This document shows positions 60,061 to 64,000 of a stretch of 64,000 nucleotides of DNA, in pieces. How positions within the stretch are numbered: position 1 is the first letter of the stretch; each line of letters begins with the position of its first letter. The stretch is from contig NC_092672.1 of NCBI RefSeq assembly GCF_964355755.1, forward strand, positions 6,138,001-6,202,000, read 5' to 3'. The notes under the pieces are model-generated. The model searched no databases and was not told the origin of the DNA. It worked only from the letters and a program-made list of their open reading frames with translations. The position numbers and the translations under genes were made by a program. The stretch is from Antedon mediterranea (taxonomy: Eukaryota > Animalia > Echinodermata).

Positions 60061-62595
60061 ATGTCAACTGGCAAACAAAACTCTAGCAATATGGCAGAAG
60101 GCGGCAGCGTTAGTTCATTCGGAAAACATTACAATAATAGTGGAGATGAGTTAAGTAAATTTGGGTCTGTTTATTCGTCGACAACTGGTTCCCTTAGCAG
60201 CAGATATTCTGAACTATCCAGAATAGATATGGCGTCAAGTGACGATGAGGAGGATTCGGCTTATAAATCAACGTTAGACGGGAAACCAATCGTGTTTATG
60301 AATCCTATTGAAGAAAAATACAGATGTGTGTCATGTCAGCAAATACTTGTGTTTCCAGTCTTATTGGAAGACTGCGGACATCGATGCTGTTCCTCGTGTT
60401 TGCCGCAGCTTTTGAGGTAGGCCTAATTATCGCCATTTTCCCTCCCAAAATCTTCCTCTGTTTGCCTCAACTTTTAAGGTATACAGTACCAGTTAACTCA
60501 CCATTTTCCTCCCTGCCCAAAATCTCCTTCTGTGTAATGCGTTTTTCTTTCCTAGCCTTTATAGAAGATGGCCAAACTTCCTTTCCTTGCATTAATTAAA
60601 CTAGTGCTCTTTACTCGATCGTGCACTCTTAATGTCTGCCTCTGTCTTTCTGATGTTGTCTACATTGTAATACAATCACAAATTAGTGACATGTACAAAA
60701 TAATTTTCCCAAAAAATAGAAGCTCTGTCTAACTATCAAACTTTATGTGAAAACAAAAATGTGATGTGCCCATATATGAACACGATGACATCATATCACC
60801 ACCATATGGGCACATCACACTTTTTTGGTCAAACTAATTTGATAGTGTAGACAGAGCTTTAGAAATGTATTTCATATCTTTCAGAGCGTCCCAGAAGTGT
60901 CCGATTGATGACCAGAGTTTAACGCGCGATAGAGTGTACGTGGATTGTGTGTTTGGTCAAGAGATTGACATTCAAAAAGTGAAATGTGTAAACCACGCCA
61001 GAAGCTGCCAATGGACTGGTATACTTGGCCAATCAAAGGTAATATCTCATAAGAGCATTGGGCACAGTGGCGGGTCCAGGATTTATTAAAGTGCTAAACT
61101 TAAGAGAGTTCTATTTTTCGCACTGTCCTTTCCTGCCCAGACGGTGGGGTTGGTGGTGGTGGTGGTGGTGGTGGTGATAGGTTTTTCTTTTCCAAATAAA
61201 TAATCGAAGTTGTTTTACCATAATGGTTCCGAAAACGCTCGAAATTTTAAAAACAACACGACCACTTTACAATTGTACCCATATCAATCACGTACCATTT
61301 AGTTAGCTTAATCTCTGTCTACCAAATAAAACTTTATGCGAGAAAAAATATGTGATGTGCCCATATATGAATATGATCATATCATATCACTACCATATTT
61401 GGGCATATATAACTACCGTATTTGGGCACATCACACTTGTTTGATAGTGTATAAACAGAGTGATACTTTCCATCATATATAATAAAAACAGGTTCTCCAT
61501 ATCGTGGCTCGTATCGTTGATTCGTTTGACTTTGTATAACATTACGCCTATTATCAAACAGCTCCTTATTTCTATGCAAGGAGGCACTAATGTATAAAAC
61601 GAATGTGTTTTTTAATAGGATCACCTCAAGCACTGTCTTTACGTGTTGATAGAATGCCCAAATGTATGCGGTGCCAGTATGGAAAAAATCTTCATGGAGA
61701 ACCACTTAAAAGAGGACTGTCACAAAAGAATGATCACGTGCGAATTCTGTAGCAAGTGCATATTCCACAAAGACGAGATTTACCATTACAATATCTGTCC
61801 AAACTTCTTGGTACATTGTCCAAACGGATGTGACGTCAATACCGAGTACTTAAGGCACAACATCGATAAACATCTTAATACCAATTGTCCTTTAGAGGTT
61901 ATTGAGTGCGAGTTTGCAGGATTTGGCTGCACATTCACAGTATGTACTTCTTGTGTTTTATTATGAATAAGCACATTGTAAACATGGAAAATTGGCTTCG
62001 CGCGAATCGAAAGCGCAAGCTTATACGCATGCGTATTCGTGTTCCATCCTCCAAATCACTCTCTATATTCATGCGTATAATCATAGTCAATAGAAAGTAT
62101 CTGACGCTGGTTCCTATAGGTTCGCAAATAGAAAGCTTCCTATATATTTACTGTATTTTCATATATTACTATTATTGTTGCAGTCAATTCGTTCAGAAAT
62201 GCGTTACCACATGACGGACAACACGTCAATGAACAACCATGTTGCTATGATCGGAGAGAAGATTGTTTCACAGAAAATTATAATTGACGTCCACGGCGTT
62301 AATCTGGAGGATGGCACAGACTCTCTCCAAACCTGCGTAGATAAGGTGCAAGACCTCGAGAAGATGTTTGGATCTCACTTAGTATGGAAAATCAACAATT
62401 ATGCGGAGCGCGTCCAAGATGCAAAGATTGCCAAGAAGACGACCATATTTAGCCCGCCATTTCTTACAGGAAGACATGGTTACAAACTTTCTATGTCTGC
62501 CTGTCTAAATGGTGACGGAAAGGGTAAGGATATTCAGACAATTTAGAGAAGTGATCTGCGCGAGTGAAACTAATATTGTTACATAAAACTAAAAA

Positions 62596-62634
<39 letters not shown>

Positions 62635-62669
62635 AAATCAGGCAAAGAACATTAATTCTAAACCGCCCG

Positions 62670-62703
<34 letters not shown>

Positions 62704-63264
62704 CTGCAATTGTTTCTGTAAAATAAAGCTTTGTCTTTTGACAAAAAAGGTGTGATGTGCCCAAATATGGTGTGATATGCTCAAATATGGTAGTTACATG
62801 ACATCATCACATTTAGTTCGTCACATAAAGTTTGATAGTGTAGTTAAGAGTAGGAAATTGAAGTAGTGCTTTGTTTTCGACAGGATGTTTTTTTTTTTTT
62901 TATAAAAATAATCTTGTTTGAAATTGTCTTCACAGCTAAGGGTCACTTTATGTCCGTGTTCATCTGCATTTGCCGTGGTAAATACGATGCTCTGTTACCA
63001 TTCCCGTTCACACACCGAGTGACCTTTTTCCTCATTGACCAATGTGAAGACCCACAAGCCCGACGGAACATCTCTTACAGCATCAAGCCTGTCCCATGTA
63101 AGGAGAACCGCATGTTTCTGGGTAGACCCCAGAATGAGCGTAACCACAGTTTTGGAACGTCCAAGTTCGCGCCTCTGCACATTCTCAATACCAGGGACTA
63201 TATTCGAGACGACATCATATTTTTAAAGGTTCGAGTTGATCATGATGAAAACATGGGCATATAA
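60061..63264 (+). CDS. TNF receptor-associated factor (TRAF) family protein, RING + TRAF zinc fingers + MATH domain, about 499 aa (TRAF4/trf-1-like)
   Basis: Exons 60061-60416, 60885-61038, 61619-61939, 62184-62523, 62936-63264 join in frame (1500 nt). RING CVSC...CGHRCCSSC...CPID; zinc fingers CPNVC...HLKEDC and CPNGC...HLNTNC; MATH domain LVWKINNY...FSPPFLTGRHGYKL...NGDG...RVTFFLIDQ...YIRDDIIFLKVRVD. Confidence 0.95.
60721..60858. mobile_element. Harbinger-type MITE copy in TRAF intron 1
   Basis: agctctgtctaactatcaaac...tttgatagtgtagacagagct. Confidence 0.8.
61311..61460. mobile_element. Harbinger-type MITE copy in TRAF intron 2
   Basis: tctctgtctacc...gtttgatagtgtataaacagag with family internal motifs. 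Confidence 0.75.
62727..62845. mobile_element. Harbinger-type MITE copy in TRAF intron 4
   Basis: tttgacaaaaaaggtgtgatgtgcccaaatatgg...gtttgatagtgtag. Confidence 0.75.
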
Positions 63265-64000
63265 GTTGACTTAATGGGACAAAAAATGATAATAATAGTA
63301 TAGGCTTACAAATGGTTATTTTTAAATTCTAACAGCTATATATATAACGCCCTCTTAAATACATTGATATTATACACACTTTCAATATTTTGTACGATAC
63401 ACATACTACCGTTTGTTTCCATTTCTAGATGAATACATTTTAATTATAAATAAATGGTTTGAGTACGTTGGTCATTTGTTTCAAAGATTGTGTTTTTTAG
63501 TAGTGTTTGAACCCGGTCAATAAAGGTTCATTTATACAGTATACAATTATATAGAATCTATGTTATTCTTTATGACCATTTACACAAACCGCGGAGCGGA
63601 CGGACGGTTTCCGCTCAGGATTAGATTGAACGTAGTTGTTCGCTTACCTTCACCGCTCGTCTGTGTAAAGTGAACTTAAGACGCAATAAGATGCATATAA
63701 ATCAATAGGCTATTCTGCATGTCATAAATGCAAAACCAGATCGAATGAGACTCTGTATCCAAAAAGGGTGCATACAATTTGATTATCTGTTATTGTCTGC
63801 TTTTCGTATTCGCCTGTGAAGAAGAAAAGCGTCGCTGCCGAAGGATGATAGCGCCGCAATCAAACCTCACTAAATTCTGAATTGAAATTTATATTTAATT
63901 TAAATATAATTAATTCTTGCAGTTACTCGAAAAGTACACGAACATATTCTGGAGGAATAACATATAGCTTAAGTTTAAACAAGTTATGTGACAAAAAAAT

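Noticed and set aside
62986-63009. ALLPFPF in place of the usual ALLxWPF in the TRAF MATH domain
   Set aside because: Single conservative aromatic change in an otherwise intact domain; not enough to infer altered function.

Overview
AT-rich, intron-rich animal (probably marine invertebrate, echinoderm-like) genomic DNA; nothing prokaryotic, no CRISPR array, no intact tRNA/rRNA gene. Three spliced genes can be rebuilt exon by exon with GT/AG sites and consistent phases: a CLIP-170/CLIP1-type CAP-Gly linker gene (minus strand, ~43.86 kb to beyond position 1), a type I coronin (minus, 46.85-57.55 kb) and a TRAF-family RING/zinc-finger/MATH gene (plus, 60.06-63.26 kb). There is also a possible orphan or decayed spliced gene at 58.1-59.5 kb. 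Introns hold about 15 copies of a Harbinger-type MITE, Tc1/mariner- and hAT-like MITEs, Deu/Nin-type SINEs (one with a 5S+tRNA head), a 3.07-kb MULE-like foldback element and several minisatellites. The most striking signal not shown by the ORF track is a candidate isoform system inside the CLIP-170 introns. It comprises an in-frame alternative last exon ending in a polybasic CAAX motif ([14 protein letters not shown]), a second alternative last exon, frame-preserving microexons of 9, 33 and 36 nt, and an alternative first exon. All of these are predictions from sequence alone.
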